Assembly (NCBI GenBank): GCA_951812955.1
Contig: OX638340.1
Location: forward strand, 1,440,001-1,504,000
Direction: 5' to 3'
DNA from: an uncultured Gemmatimonadota bacterium
Lineage (GTDB): Bacteria > JAAXHH01
DNA: 64,000 bases
Shown here: piece by piece, positions 38,340 through 47,808 of the stretch
How positions within the stretch are numbered: the stretch's first letter is position 1
Layout: each line of letters starts with the position of its first letter
Translations under genes and position numbers: made by a program
Notes under the pieces: model-generated
The model's input: only the letters and a program-made list of their open reading frames with translations
Database searches by the model: none
What the model was told of the DNA's origin: nothing

Positions 38340-40496
38340 CTAAAGCGCGATGAGCGGGGCGATGACCAAAGACACCACCGACATCAGCTTGATCAATATG
38401 TTCAGCGAGGGGCCGGACGTGTCCTTGAAGGGATCGCCCACGGTGTCTCCCACGACAGCGGCCTTGTGGGCCTCCGAACCCTTCCCGTACCGAACGCCGT
38501 CGATGGTCAGTCCCTCTTCGATCATCTTCTTCGCGTTATCCCAGGCACCGCCCGAATTAGCCTGGAAGATGGCCATGAGCACGCCGCACACGGTGACGCC
38601 GGCCAGCAGGCCGCCCAGGGTCTCCGGACCGAAGATGAAACCCACGGCGACGGGCGTCAGCACGGCCAGCAGGCCGGGAAGCACCATGCGCCGTATGGCC
38701 GCCTTGGTAGAGATCTCCACGCAGCGGGCGTATTCGGGTTTTCCACTCGCCGCCTCGAAGACGTCTCGGTCCTCCTTCGTCCAATCCCCTTCCGCCACCC
38801 CGTCGTTCTTCTTCATTACCGACAGCGCGGCCTTTAGTTCCGGGATGGCATTGAACTGGCGCCGGACCTCTTCGATCATGGCCATGGCCGCCTGTCCCAC
38901 GGCGTTCATTGCGAGCGCGGAGAAGAGGAAGGGCAACATGCCGCCCACGAAGAGTCCCGCCATCACGCGGGGATTGGCGATATCGATGCTCGAGATGCCC
39001 ACCTGTACCATGTAGGCCGCGAACAACGCAAGCGCTGTAAGCGCCGCGGAGCCGATGGCGAATCCTTTGCCGATGGCCGCGGTCGTGTTGCCCACCGCGT
39101 CTAGCTTGTCGGTGCGCTGCCGGACTTCGGGGGGTAGCTCGGCCATCTCGGCCACGCCGCCCGCATTATCTGAAATTGGGCCATAGGCGTCCACCGCCAG
39201 CTGGATTCCCGTGTTGGACAGCATGCCCAGGGCCGCCATGGCGATCCCGTAAAGACCGGCGAAGTAATAGGCGCCCATGATGCCGGCGGCGATGATCAGG
39301 ATGGGGATGGCCGTGGACTGCATGCCGATGCCCAGGCCGGCTATGATGTTGGTCGCCGTACCCGTCACGGACTGTCGCGCAATGGAGGTGACGGGGCCTT
39401 TGTGGGTACCCGTGTAGTGTTCGGTAATCAGACCGATGCCGAGTCCGGCCAACAGTCCGATTGTAGCCGCAATGAAAACCCCCAGGCTGGTGTAAGTCTC
39501 GCCGCCCAGGGTGAAGTCGCCGGGCAGCAGGTAGTCGATGAGCAGGTACATTACGGCGACCATGATCGCGGAGGATCCGAATTCGCCCTTGTTCAGGCCG
39601 GACTGGGGATTGCCGCCCTCCTTGACGGAGACCATGAATGTGCCGAGGATCGAGATGATGATGCCCGCGCCCGCGATAATCAGGGGCAGGGTGATGAAGA
39701 TCGGATCGTAAACGCCCGCCACGAGGATGCCGGCGCCCAGTACCATGGAGCCGACGATGGAGCCCACGTAGGATTCGAAGAGATCGGCGCCCATCCCCGC
39801 CACGTCGCCTACATTGTCGCCCACGTTGTCGGCGATCGCGGCCGGATTCAGCGGATGGTCCTCGGGTATTCCCGCCTCGACCTTGCCCACCAGATCCGCG
39901 CCAACATCGGCCGCCTTCGTATAGATGCCACCGCCCACGCGGGCGAAGAGGGCGATCGAGGAAGCGCCCAGCGAGAAGCCGGAAATGACGTTCAGCACCC
40001 GGCCGATCCCGGACTCATCGATACCGAAGAGGCCCGTATAGAGGATGAACAGGCCGCCGAGACCCAGGACGCCCAGGCCCACGACGTTGAGCCCCATGAC
40101 CGAACCGCCTGCAAAGGCCACGTGCAGCGCCCGGGCAAGGCCGGTCCGCGCCGCGTGGGTCGTCCGCGTATTGGCCCGGATGGCCACGCGCATGCCCAGG
40201 AATCCGGCCAGACCCGAAGCGAGCGCGCCGGTGACGAAGGACAGGGCGATGAGCGCACTCGATTCGACCTTGCCCATATTCGCCACGGCCAGCAGCACGG
40301 CAACGATCACGACGAAAATCGCCAGCACCCGGTACTCCGCCTTGAGAAAGGCCATGGCGCCCTCGGAAATGCTTGCGCCAATGGCTTTCATCTTATCCGT
40401 TCCCTCTTCCTGCCTGTTGATCCAGGACGTCCTCCAGATGGAGTAAATCAATCCCAACAGGCCCGCGCCGATCACACCATACATCAACTCGTTCAT
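38340..40496 (-). CDS. hppA: Membrane-bound proton/sodium-translocating pyrophosphatase
   Basis: 718 aa, 16 TM, conserved [12 protein letters not shown] motifs. Confidence 0.95.
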   Translation of the reverse strand: MNELMYGVIGAGLLGLIYSIWRTSWINRQEEGTDKMKAIGASISEGAMAFLKAEYRVLAIFVVIVAVLLAVANMGKVESSALIALSFVTGALASGLAGFLGMRVAIRANTRTTHAARTGLARALHVAFAGGSVMGLNVVGLGVLGLGGLFILYTGLFGIDESGIGRVLNVISGFSLGASSIALFARVGGGIYTKAADVGADLVGKVEAGIPEDHPLNPAAIADNVGDNVGDVAGMGADLFESYVGSIVGSMVLGAGILVAGVYDPIFITLPLIIAGAGIIISILGTFMVSVKEGGNPQSGLNKGEFGSSAIMVAVMYLLIDYLLPGDFTLGGETYTSLGVFIAATIGLLAGLGIGLITEHYTGTHKGPVTSIARQSVTGTATNIIAGLGIGMQSTAIPILIIAAGIMGAYYFAGLYGIAMAALGMLSNTGIQLAVDAYGPISDNAGGVAEMAELPPEVRQRTDKLDAVGNTTAAIGKGFAIGSAALTALALFAAYMVQVGISSIDIANPRVMAGLFVGGMLPFLFSALAMNAVGQAAMAMIEEVRRQFNAIPELKAALSVMKKNDGVAEGDWTKEDRDVFEAASGKPEYARCVEISTKAAIRRMVLPGLLAVLTPVAVGFIFGPETLGGLLAGVTVCGVLMAIFQANSGGAWDNAKKMIEEGLTIDGVRYGKGSEAHKAAVVGDTVGDPFKDTSGPSLNILIKLMSVVSLVIAPLIAL

Positions 40497-40523
40497 ATTC
40501 CGAAACTTTCTCCTTTAAACCAG

Positions 40524-40565
40524 CTGGCTGAAAACCAGCCGGCTGAAAACCAGTTTGCTGAACAC
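40524..40565. repeat. 15-bp tandem repeat (ccggctgaaaaccag, about 2.7 copies) upstream of hppA
   Basis: Read directly. Confidence 0.8.
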
Positions 40566-40570
40566 ACAGA

Positions 40571-40600
40571 GGGCGGGTCTGAAAACCCGCCCCGTTTCTA
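40571..40600. terminator. GC-rich hairpin (GGGCGGGT-ctgaaa-ACCCGCCC) with T-rich flank downstream of tonB
   Basis: Perfect 8-bp stem; cgTTTCT on plus, TCTGTGTGTT on minus. Confidence 0.4.
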
Positions 40601-40691
40601 ACCTGCGTACATTTTTGGATTAAGCGCGAAGCATGCCGCAGCTCGTATGGCCTTGCGGCCCGCATGGCCGCGTCGCACCGGTTTCACCCTG

Positions 40692-41432
40692 TCAGCGCAA
40701 GTTGAATATGATCCGCTGCGCAACCCAGACGGCAACCGGCTGGTTGTTCTGGATCGCAGGCGTGTACTTCGTATTCTTCAAAGCCTCGACCGCCGCCTCG
40801 TCCAATCCCGCGCCGATCCCTCTGATGATCTGTGCGTCTCGCACGTTTCCCCTTTTGTCGATCAGGATCTTAACCCACACGGTGCCTTCGATGCCCGCTT
40901 TGCGAGCCAGTTCCGGATACTCGGGCGTTATGGGCGTGATGGGCTTTGGCTCGATCTCAAAAGCCACGAAGGCATCGGGAGGAGGCAGCGCCTCGTCCTC
41001 GATCCGGATGTTCTCTTCCTCCGGCGCCTCGATGATGATGTTCTCCTCCTCAATGTCCTGGATCACCGGAGCGATACTTTGGCTCATCTCGGTCTGGGTG
41101 GCGATCGTCATCTCGGCGGACACCTCGGCGTCATCAACGGGTTCAGGTATGCCGATGACCGGCCTCGAAGGCGCCTCCACCGGTACCTCCGGCATTTCCG
41201 GCGCGTCGGTCAGCGCCGGGGGCGGTCCCAGGTCGGCGTATTCCAGGATCCTTGTCGCGTAGACCCGGTTAGACTCCTGGATGTACCATACGGTCCAGTA
41301 GGTTCCCAGGGCAAGCATGTGCACGATAATGGCTGCTATGATGCCCCGTTTGGCATTCCGCTGATAGAAGAACTTGATGGGGGATTCTTTTTTCAGGGGG
41401 AAATGGTCGACGCTGAGCAGCGATCCGATCAT
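40692..41432 (-). CDS. tonB: Energy transducer TonB
   Basis: N-terminal TM, Pro/Glu-rich linker, C-terminal TonB domain; ATGA overlap with exbD. Confidence 0.85.
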   Translation of the reverse strand: MIGSLLSVDHFPLKKESPIKFFYQRNAKRGIIAAIIVHMLALGTYWTVWYIQESNRVYATRILEYADLGPPPALTDAPEMPEVPVEAPSRPVIGIPEPVDDAEVSAEMTIATQTEMSQSIAPVIQDIEEENIIIEAPEEENIRIEDEALPPPDAFVAFEIEPKPITPITPEYPELARKAGIEGTVWVKILIDKRGNVRDAQIIRGIGAGLDEAAVEALKNTKYTPAIQNNQPVAVWVAQRIIFNLR

Positions 41433-41947
41433 GAGCCAAACACCTCCTCGTACTTATCCTGCTCCAGGACCGTGATACTGAACCGGTCGATGGCGCCAAG
41501 CTGAAGTTCGTCCATGACGTTGACCATCTGCTCGTAGGGACTCGTGCGCTGAATCATCACCAGGGTCACCAGCTTGGATTCGCCGTCGTGCGTGTCGGCG
41601 TTCTCCACCTCCTTCTCCTTGATGAATTCCTGGACGTCCGCCAGTTCCATTTCCACCGGCGTCATGTCCCGGCCGATCTGCCAGAACATGCGGTCGTCGT
41701 CCAGCATGTAGATCAGCAGCACGTTCGATTCCGCGATCTCGACCTTGTCGTCCTTGTCGGGCGGAATGTTGAGCTCCATGGTCTGCGGCGCCCTGAATAC
41801 CGTGGTGACCATGAAGAAGATGAGCAGGAGGAATGCGATGTCCACCATGGGCGTCATGTCGATGAAAATCTGATCGCGGCCCTTTTTCTTTTTAGCGCCT
41901 TCCTTCTTTCTGTCGCTGGCTTTCTGAGTGCCCTGGACAGCTGCCAT
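41429..41947 (-). CDS. exbD: Biopolymer transport protein ExbD/TolR
   Basis: DMTPMVDIAFLLLIFFMVTT. Confidence 0.9.
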   Translation of the reverse strand: MAAVQGTQKASDRKKEGAKKKKGRDQIFIDMTPMVDIAFLLLIFFMVTTVFRAPQTMELNIPPDKDDKVEIAESNVLLIYMLDDDRMFWQIGRDMTPVEMELADVQEFIKEKEVENADTHDGESKLVTLVMIQRTSPYEQMVNVMDELQLGAIDRFSITVLEQDKYEEVFGS

Positions 41948-41953
41948 GTGTCA

Positions 41954-42439
41954 TCACCTCCTTACCAGGTCGTGGTTGACCGGCCTCAAGCTGGTCGGAC
42001 TGTCGTCCGAAGACTTGGTATCGTCCTCGAAGTTTGTCACCAGGTTGAACCGGGTGTTGTTCGTTTTCTGAAGGATCTCCATCATGTCGCTGATTACGCC
42101 GAACTCGGCATCTTTGTGCGCCTTGATGGCTATACGCAGGCGGGGGTTTCTTATGCGCGCCTCCACCAGTGCGTTCTCCATTTCCGCCAGCTCGATCCCT
42201 ACTTCGGGCTGTGGCTCCAGCCGCCAGAACAACCGGTTTTCCGGTTTCGGTCCTACGGTCAGGATCACGACGTCCGATTCGGGCAGCTTGATGGCCGAAT
42301 GGGACTCCGGAAGCTGGATGGGAATCGATTCCGGGGACTTGAACTGCGTCGTGGCCATGAAGAAGATGAGCAGCAGGAAGGCGATATCCACCATCGGCGT
42401 CATATCGATCATGACCGGCTTATGTTTTCCGTGCGCCAT
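41954..42439 (-). CDS. exbD: Biopolymer transport protein ExbD/TolR (second copy)
   Basis: IDMTPMVDIAFLLLIFFMATTQF. Confidence 0.9.
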   Translation of the reverse strand: MAHGKHKPVMIDMTPMVDIAFLLLIFFMATTQFKSPESIPIQLPESHSAIKLPESDVVILTVGPKPENRLFWRLEPQPEVGIELAEMENALVEARIRNPRLRIAIKAHKDAEFGVISDMMEILQKTNNTRFNLVTNFEDDTKSSDDSPTSLRPVNHDLVRR

Positions 42440-42465
42440 ATAAAAGACTCCTTAACGCAACCCGA

Positions 42466-43182
42466 TTAGGCCCGGCCAGTAAGAATAGCCAGGACTTCCT
42501 GTGCCACTTCGTCGACGGCGTAGGTGAACATGTCCACCTTGTTGACGAAGTAATTATACGCTACGATACCCATGATGGCCGCGGCCAGCCCGCCCGCCGT
42601 GTTGATCAGCGCTTCCGATATACCCAGAGCAAGCTGAATTGCGTCCGGCGCACCTTCATTAGCCATGGCGGCAAAGGCGCGGATCATACCGATCGTCGTA
42701 CCGAGCAGCCCCACCAGCGTGGCGATTGTGGCAATGGTCTGCAACGCGATCAGGTTACGTTCGAGCAACGGCGTCTCGAGGGCGTTGGCTTCTTCAAAAG
42801 CCCGCTTGATCTCCTGCACCTGTCTGTCGCTCGTCAGGTTCTCGTCGGCAATGGTCTGGAACCGCTCGAGACCGGCGCGAAGCACGTTGGCCATGGTACC
42901 CTGTTGCGAGTTGCACAGGTTGACCGCGCGGGTGACGTCGTTGTTGCGGATCGCGCCCATGGCGTCTTTGAGAAACTCCACCTGCGACCGCTTGCCGCGC
43001 GCTTTTTTCAGCGTCAGCGAACGCTCTATGATGAAAGTGATGTCAAGCATGGTGAGCACCATGAGACCGATGACCACGGGTCCGCCGTCCTTTACGAACT
43101 GTGGCAGAAAGTACTCGAAAATGATCCATGAAACAATAAAGCAAAGGACGATGATGATCATGATAAAGGCGCCTGGCCGCAT
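42466..43182 (-). CDS. exbB: MotA/TolQ/ExbB proton channel
   Basis: 3 TM, ExbB family; AAGGAGAA SD. Confidence 0.9.
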   Translation of the reverse strand: MRPGAFIMIIIVLCFIVSWIIFEYFLPQFVKDGGPVVIGLMVLTMLDITFIIERSLTLKKARGKRSQVEFLKDAMGAIRNNDVTRAVNLCNSQQGTMANVLRAGLERFQTIADENLTSDRQVQEIKRAFEEANALETPLLERNLIALQTIATIATLVGLLGTTIGMIRAFAAMANEGAPDAIQLALGISEALINTAGGLAAAIMGIVAYNYFVNKVDMFTYAVDEVAQEVLAILTGRA

Positions 43183-43458
43183 ATCAAATTCTCCTTAAAC
43201 TTTGTTGCGTTACGAATAGTGAATTAAAAACCAAGACAATCATCTCACCGTGATATAATCCCTGCCGGACAAACCCGGTACTGCTCATCCTGAAAGTGTC
43301 CTGTTCGAGTCGGCGGGACAAACGCCTTCCTTCACCACCACCTTTCCATCCGTGTCCTGTGTGTCGCCTGTAAACAGGCCTGGATCATGTAATTTGCAAT
43401 CCGGAACTTCCCCGCCGTTCACGCGTGCCGGACCTGCCCGCGGACGAACGATCGTTCC

Positions 43459-45456
43459 TCAGCCTCCCTGCAGCTGTTCGTAGATCTCGCGCACGTTGTT
43501 CAACTGCTCCCGCGCCGTGCCGTTATTGGGGTCCAGCCGCAGGCATTCCCGGTAATGGCGGATCGCCGGCGCAAGCTGTTGCGAATTCGTATAGGCCTGG
43601 GCGAGAAGAAGATGATAGGACGATTCGTCCGGTTTCAGTTCAACGGCTTTCCGCAGGCGGCCGATAGCGCCGGCGTAATCCTTGTTCAACACCCGGTCGA
43701 AACCCAGGCGGTAGTATGCCTCGTGGTCCGTAGGATCGATCTCCAGCACCCGGCGGAACGTCGTGCGCGCGTTGGCGAAATCCTCCAGGATGAGGTAGGC
43801 CGTTCCCAGGTATTTCAACGGTTGGAGAATGGTCGTCGGATCCGTCTCGCCTTCTTCGGCCCGCAGGTTCAGGGACTGGAGGAGCGCGTCCCGGGCCACC
43901 GTGCCGTCGTTGGCCACCAATCCCGTGATGCCCATGTTCAGATAGGCGGAATAGTTCGTGCTGTCATGGGCGACCTTGGCACGGTACATATCCAGCGAAG
44001 CGGCAAAGATCGCCTGCCGCTGGTCTCTCTCCACCTCGCGGGATTCGACGTAAAGCTCCCTGCCGAGGTTGTAGTATACGTTACTCAGTGTGATCCTTTC
44101 GCGCTCGTCCGCCGCCGCCTGCAACGCCGGTTCCAGCACGGCTTTTACGGCCGATACGGCCTGCGCGTACTGGCCCTGCTTGATGAACGAACGTCCGTAG
44201 TACGCGTAAGGATTCTGGTCGGTGGGATTGACCCTGATGGCCTCTTCAAGATACGGAATGGCATCGGCGAACTTTTCCTGGTCGAATAAGACAAGCGCCA
44301 GTTGGATGTAGGGCTTCTCTGACGTCCCGTCCAATTCTATGGATTTCTTCAGATTGTCGATGCCTTCGTCGTACTGGCCCACTTCCGGTTGCGTCTGTAC
44401 CCAGCCCAGGCTGAAATGCAGCGCCGCGTTGCCCTCGTTCTGCATCAGGGCTTCCCTGTAGGCGTTGACCGCATCCATGTACCGGCCTTCGGCGACCAAC
44501 CCGTCGCCCATCGGCAGATAGGCCTTGACCTTGCCCGGGTCCAGTTCGACGGTCTTCATGTAGTGGGGTACGGCCATCTTTATCCGCTGGGTCTTGTTGA
44601 ACGACTCGGCCAGCATGAAATAGGCTTCGGCGTTGGTCTGGTCCAGTGCCACGTATTGTTCGATCGGCTCGACGACGAGGGGATAGCGCTCTGCGACGAA
44701 CTGGATATAGCCCTGCTGGTACCAGGCGTCCTTCAGGGTGGGATCGAGTTCGGTCGCTTTACGGAACCCGTCGTAGGACTCGTTCCACTGCCGCGCCTTG
44801 AAATGCAACTGGCCGATCCGGTAGTAGATCATGGCGGCGTCGGGGGAATCGGGCTCCATGGCGAGGGCCTGACGGTAGTTGGTGATCGCCAGCCCCCACA
44901 CGTTCTGGGCCTCGTAGACGTCACCGAGCCCGCGCACGTAAAGCGAGTTCTGCGGATCAATGCTCTGCGCGCGGGTGAAGAGTACCATGGCGCTCTGGAG
45001 ATCTTCCCGGGCGATGGCGAGCTGGCCGTCGGCGTAGAAAAATCTCGCGTCTTTCTCCTTGGTGCGCTTGAGCCCCTCCCTGATCGACTTCTCCGCTTCC
45101 TCGAACTGCCCCTTCCTGATCTCCTGCAAGCTCAATTCGAAGCGGGCGTCGTGATTCTTCTTCTGCTGGTCGACGGCGATCAGAAATTCGGAATGCGCTT
45201 CGTCGAGGCGTCCCTGCCGTTTGAGCGCCATACCGAGCAGGTAATGGGCTTCGTGGTTCTTCTTTCCGTTGCTGAGCACGTCCCGGAGTATGGTAACGGC
45301 TTCGTCGTAATTCCCGCCGTCGTAGGCTGCCTGGGCGGCGTCCACACTCTGCGCGTTCACGGCCGCCGGCGCGCCGGCCAGACCGACTAGCAGCAGCAAG
45401 CCAAGTACGAGCGAGGCACCCCGGTCTTTCCTGCGGTTCTCACCTGCGATCCACAT
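43459..45456 (-). CDS. Secreted tetratricopeptide-repeat protein
   Basis: Signal peptide, then about 15 TPR units; ATG 45456 with GGGAGGA SD preferred over GTG 45477. Confidence 0.85.
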   Translation of the reverse strand: MWIAGENRRKDRGASLVLGLLLLVGLAGAPAAVNAQSVDAAQAAYDGGNYDEAVTILRDVLSNGKKNHEAHYLLGMALKRQGRLDEAHSEFLIAVDQQKKNHDARFELSLQEIRKGQFEEAEKSIREGLKRTKEKDARFFYADGQLAIAREDLQSAMVLFTRAQSIDPQNSLYVRGLGDVYEAQNVWGLAITNYRQALAMEPDSPDAAMIYYRIGQLHFKARQWNESYDGFRKATELDPTLKDAWYQQGYIQFVAERYPLVVEPIEQYVALDQTNAEAYFMLAESFNKTQRIKMAVPHYMKTVELDPGKVKAYLPMGDGLVAEGRYMDAVNAYREALMQNEGNAALHFSLGWVQTQPEVGQYDEGIDNLKKSIELDGTSEKPYIQLALVLFDQEKFADAIPYLEEAIRVNPTDQNPYAYYGRSFIKQGQYAQAVSAVKAVLEPALQAAADERERITLSNVYYNLGRELYVESREVERDQRQAIFAASLDMYRAKVAHDSTNYSAYLNMGITGLVANDGTVARDALLQSLNLRAEEGETDPTTILQPLKYLGTAYLILEDFANARTTFRRVLEIDPTDHEAYYRLGFDRVLNKDYAGAIGRLRKAVELKPDESSYHLLLAQAYTNSQQLAPAIRHYRECLRLDPNNGTAREQLNNVREIYEQLQGG

Positions 45457-45645
45457 GTTCGATTCCTCCCGATGCACTGAAAGTCTCGTTTTCAGGGCCT
45501 CATTGTCCGTTTGCTTTCGGCAATTTGTTATTCAGTAAAGTGCTCTTAATGAATCTGAACGCTCGAGCGCATGCGTGCTTGAGCCCTTATCCAATTACAT
45601 CCAAATCTATTCAAAACCGGCAGTTACCCGGTATGCAATGACTCA

Positions 45646-46578
45646 TTAGTCCAGTTTGACCGTTCGGACCGGCATGGTCGCCGGCACGACGCCCTGGTCT
45701 ATGGCGATCTGCTGTCCCTTGACCGCCGTGAGAAAGGTTACGAATCCGGATACCAGGTTGACTTCCAGCGACGACCTCTTGAAGTAACACAGTACCAGGG
45801 GCCGCCGAAGCGGATACAACTTCTTGCCCTGTTTGTCCGGTTCATCAAGGAGCTTGTGCTGCGTGGGCAGCAAATAAGGTCCGCCTTCCTCTTCCGCGAT
45901 CCGGATCGTCTTGTAATACGCCATCGTTTCGACGTCGGTCGTAATCAGAAGCCCAGTAATCCCGATCGTGCCCGGATACGCTCCCACGATACCCGCCAGG
46001 GCGGCCATCGTGCTGCAGGGATATACGCTGGCGCCGTACTCCGCGCCGTCGAGCACCATTTCCTTGAAAACCTCGTACGTGCCCGAATTACGGTCACGGA
46101 CCAGGGGGCGGATCGCCATGTCCGCTCCACCGACTTCCCGCCAGTTCCTGATCTTTCCCGTGTAAATGTCCTTCAGTTGCCCCACGGTCAGATCATCGAC
46201 GGGATTGTCGCCGTGGAGGATAACCGCCAGCGCGTCGTGGGCGACCGTGCGGGTTATGAAGTCCGGCTCCCCGGCAGAAAGTGCTTCGACCTCGGATTCG
46301 TTAGGCTCGCGGGACATGACCGCCAGCCGGCTTCTTCCCTCGGCGAGATCGACCAGTGCCTCGCGGGAGGTCGTCTTGCCTACGTCGATAAAGGACTCGT
46401 TATAGATCTGCTCGTACTTGACGGCCGAACTTTCAATGTACGGAAATGCTACCTCCGCGCTGGACACCTTGAGGTAACCCCGGGTAGCCGTTTCGTTCGG
46501 CTCACCGCAGCCCGTCATGAAAAAGAGAAGGGCCGCGCACATGCACGCTAGTCGGATTTGGACCCCGTGCCTCGCCAT
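45646..46578 (-). CDS. PstS-family phosphate-binding lipoprotein-like protein
   Basis: Lipobox FFMTGC; GQLKDIYTGKIRNWREVGG motif. Confidence 0.75.
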   Translation of the reverse strand: MARHGVQIRLACMCAALLFFMTGCGEPNETATRGYLKVSSAEVAFPYIESSAVKYEQIYNESFIDVGKTTSREALVDLAEGRSRLAVMSREPNESEVEALSAGEPDFITRTVAHDALAVILHGDNPVDDLTVGQLKDIYTGKIRNWREVGGADMAIRPLVRDRNSGTYEVFKEMVLDGAEYGASVYPCSTMAALAGIVGAYPGTIGITGLLITTDVETMAYYKTIRIAEEEGGPYLLPTQHKLLDEPDKQGKKLYPLRRPLVLCYFKRSSLEVNLVSGFVTFLTAVKGQQIAIDQGVVPATMPVRTVKLD

Positions 46579-46811
46579 GAATCATCCTCAAGGATCGAGC
46601 GGGTCTCCTCGGCCTTCTTCTCCGCGTAGTAGGCGGACACGAACCGAAAGACGCCGTACAGAATGAGTACACTGCCGAATACCAGTCTCAGCTGTTCCGT
46701 CTGAATGAACACCCGCAGGAGTTGGCCGGTCAGAACCAGCACCCCGGATACGCACATGGCCAACGCGACCAGGTAGCCGAGAAACTGCCGAAATGACGTA
46801 ATACGGATCAT
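46548..46811 (-). CDS. Small two-TM membrane protein (87 aa), overlaps the PstS-like start by 31 nt
   Basis: ORF only; hydrophobic helices. Confidence 0.35.
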   Translation of the reverse strand: MIRITSFRQFLGYLVALAMCVSGVLVLTGQLLRVFIQTEQLRLVFGSVLILYGVFRFVSAYYAEKKAEETRSILEDDSWRGTGSKSD

Positions 46812-47170
46812 ACGCGGGTGAGACGGAATCCACCGTGCGGGCGCTAACAGACATGGTTTTTCAAAGCTTCACCGGATGGTTCGATCGCCGAATCCCACCT
46901 CGTTCAGCCCCAGGTGAAACGACTTCGATCCAACTCGGACAAGCCGGAGAATGCTGGAATCCAATGGCCATAGTTCACTGAAGTTTCGATTCTAACTAAA
47001 TAAGAACGGCAAACCCTGGTTGTCAAGGAAAAGTTACGGTCCACGCGTGATCATCAGGACGCGGTCAGATGACGGTTTCGTGAAGAATCAGGACCGCCGG
47101 CAATGCCCGGCAGAAGCCGCGCCGCACGGCGCGTCTTGTGGAGGCTCGGTCGCGGCAGTCGCAGGCCCGG

Positions 47171-47653
47171 TCACGGCCGGCCGTCTTCGCCTCTCTCACA
47201 CAGTTCGATCAACACGCCTCCCGTGCTCCGGGGGTGAACGAAGGCGACACGGACGCCGCCCGCCCCGATTCGCGGCTCTTCATCGATCAAACGGTATCCA
47301 CGGCCGCTCAGATTCTTCAGCGATTCCTCCACGTCGTCGACTTCAAGTGCTATATGATGGACGCCTTCCCCGCGCTTTTCGATGAAGCGGGCCACCGGAC
47401 TCTCCGGGTCCGTCGCCTGCAGGAGTTCCACCTCGGTGTCGCCCGCGTCGAGGAAGGCCACGGTGACGCGGTCGCTTTCCACAGTCTCGCGGCCGTGCAA
47501 TGGCAGCCCGAGGGCTTCGTGGTAGAGGCGGAGCGCCTCTTCAAGGTCGCGCACGGCGATCCCGATGTGTGCAATGCGCGCAGACTGTGCGGCCAGTGCG
47601 GACTGTGCGGACTGTGCGGACCGTGTGGATCTTCGCGGTAGTTCGCTCGACAT
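47171..47653 (-). CDS. mce: Methylmalonyl-CoA epimerase (VOC/glyoxalase family)
   Basis: IAHIGIAVRDLEEA...GVHHIALEVDD...LIEL; ATG 47653 with AAGGAGG SD. Confidence 0.88.
   Translation of the reverse strand: MSSELPRRSTRSAQSAQSALAAQSARIAHIGIAVRDLEEALRLYHEALGLPLHGRETVESDRVTVAFLDAGDTEVELLQATDPESPVARFIEKRGEGVHHIALEVDDVEESLKNLSGRGYRLIDEEPRIGAGGVRVAFVHPRSTGGVLIELCERGEDGRP
47580..47624. repeat. 9-bp imperfect tandem repeat (GCGGACTGT)x5 inside the 5' end of mce (encodes SAQSAQSALAAQSAR)
   Basis: Read directly. Confidence 0.85.
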
Positions 47654-47670
47654 GGACTTCCGTACCTCCT

Positions 47671-47773
47671 TCAAGCGGCCGGATGGGGCGGCGTCGCGGG
47701 CGTATCTGATGCCGTCAAGCGGCCGGATGGAGCGGCGTCGCGGGCGTATCTGATGCCGTCAAGCGGCCCGGCG
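47671..47773. repeat. 44-bp tandem direct repeat, 2.3 copies, filling the mcm-mce intergenic spacer
   Basis: Units 47671-47714 and 47715-47758 differ by one base; partial third copy to 47773. Confidence 0.9.
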
Positions 47774-47808
47774 TCATGGGCTGCGCTTCGGGCGACCACG
47801 TGGAATGT

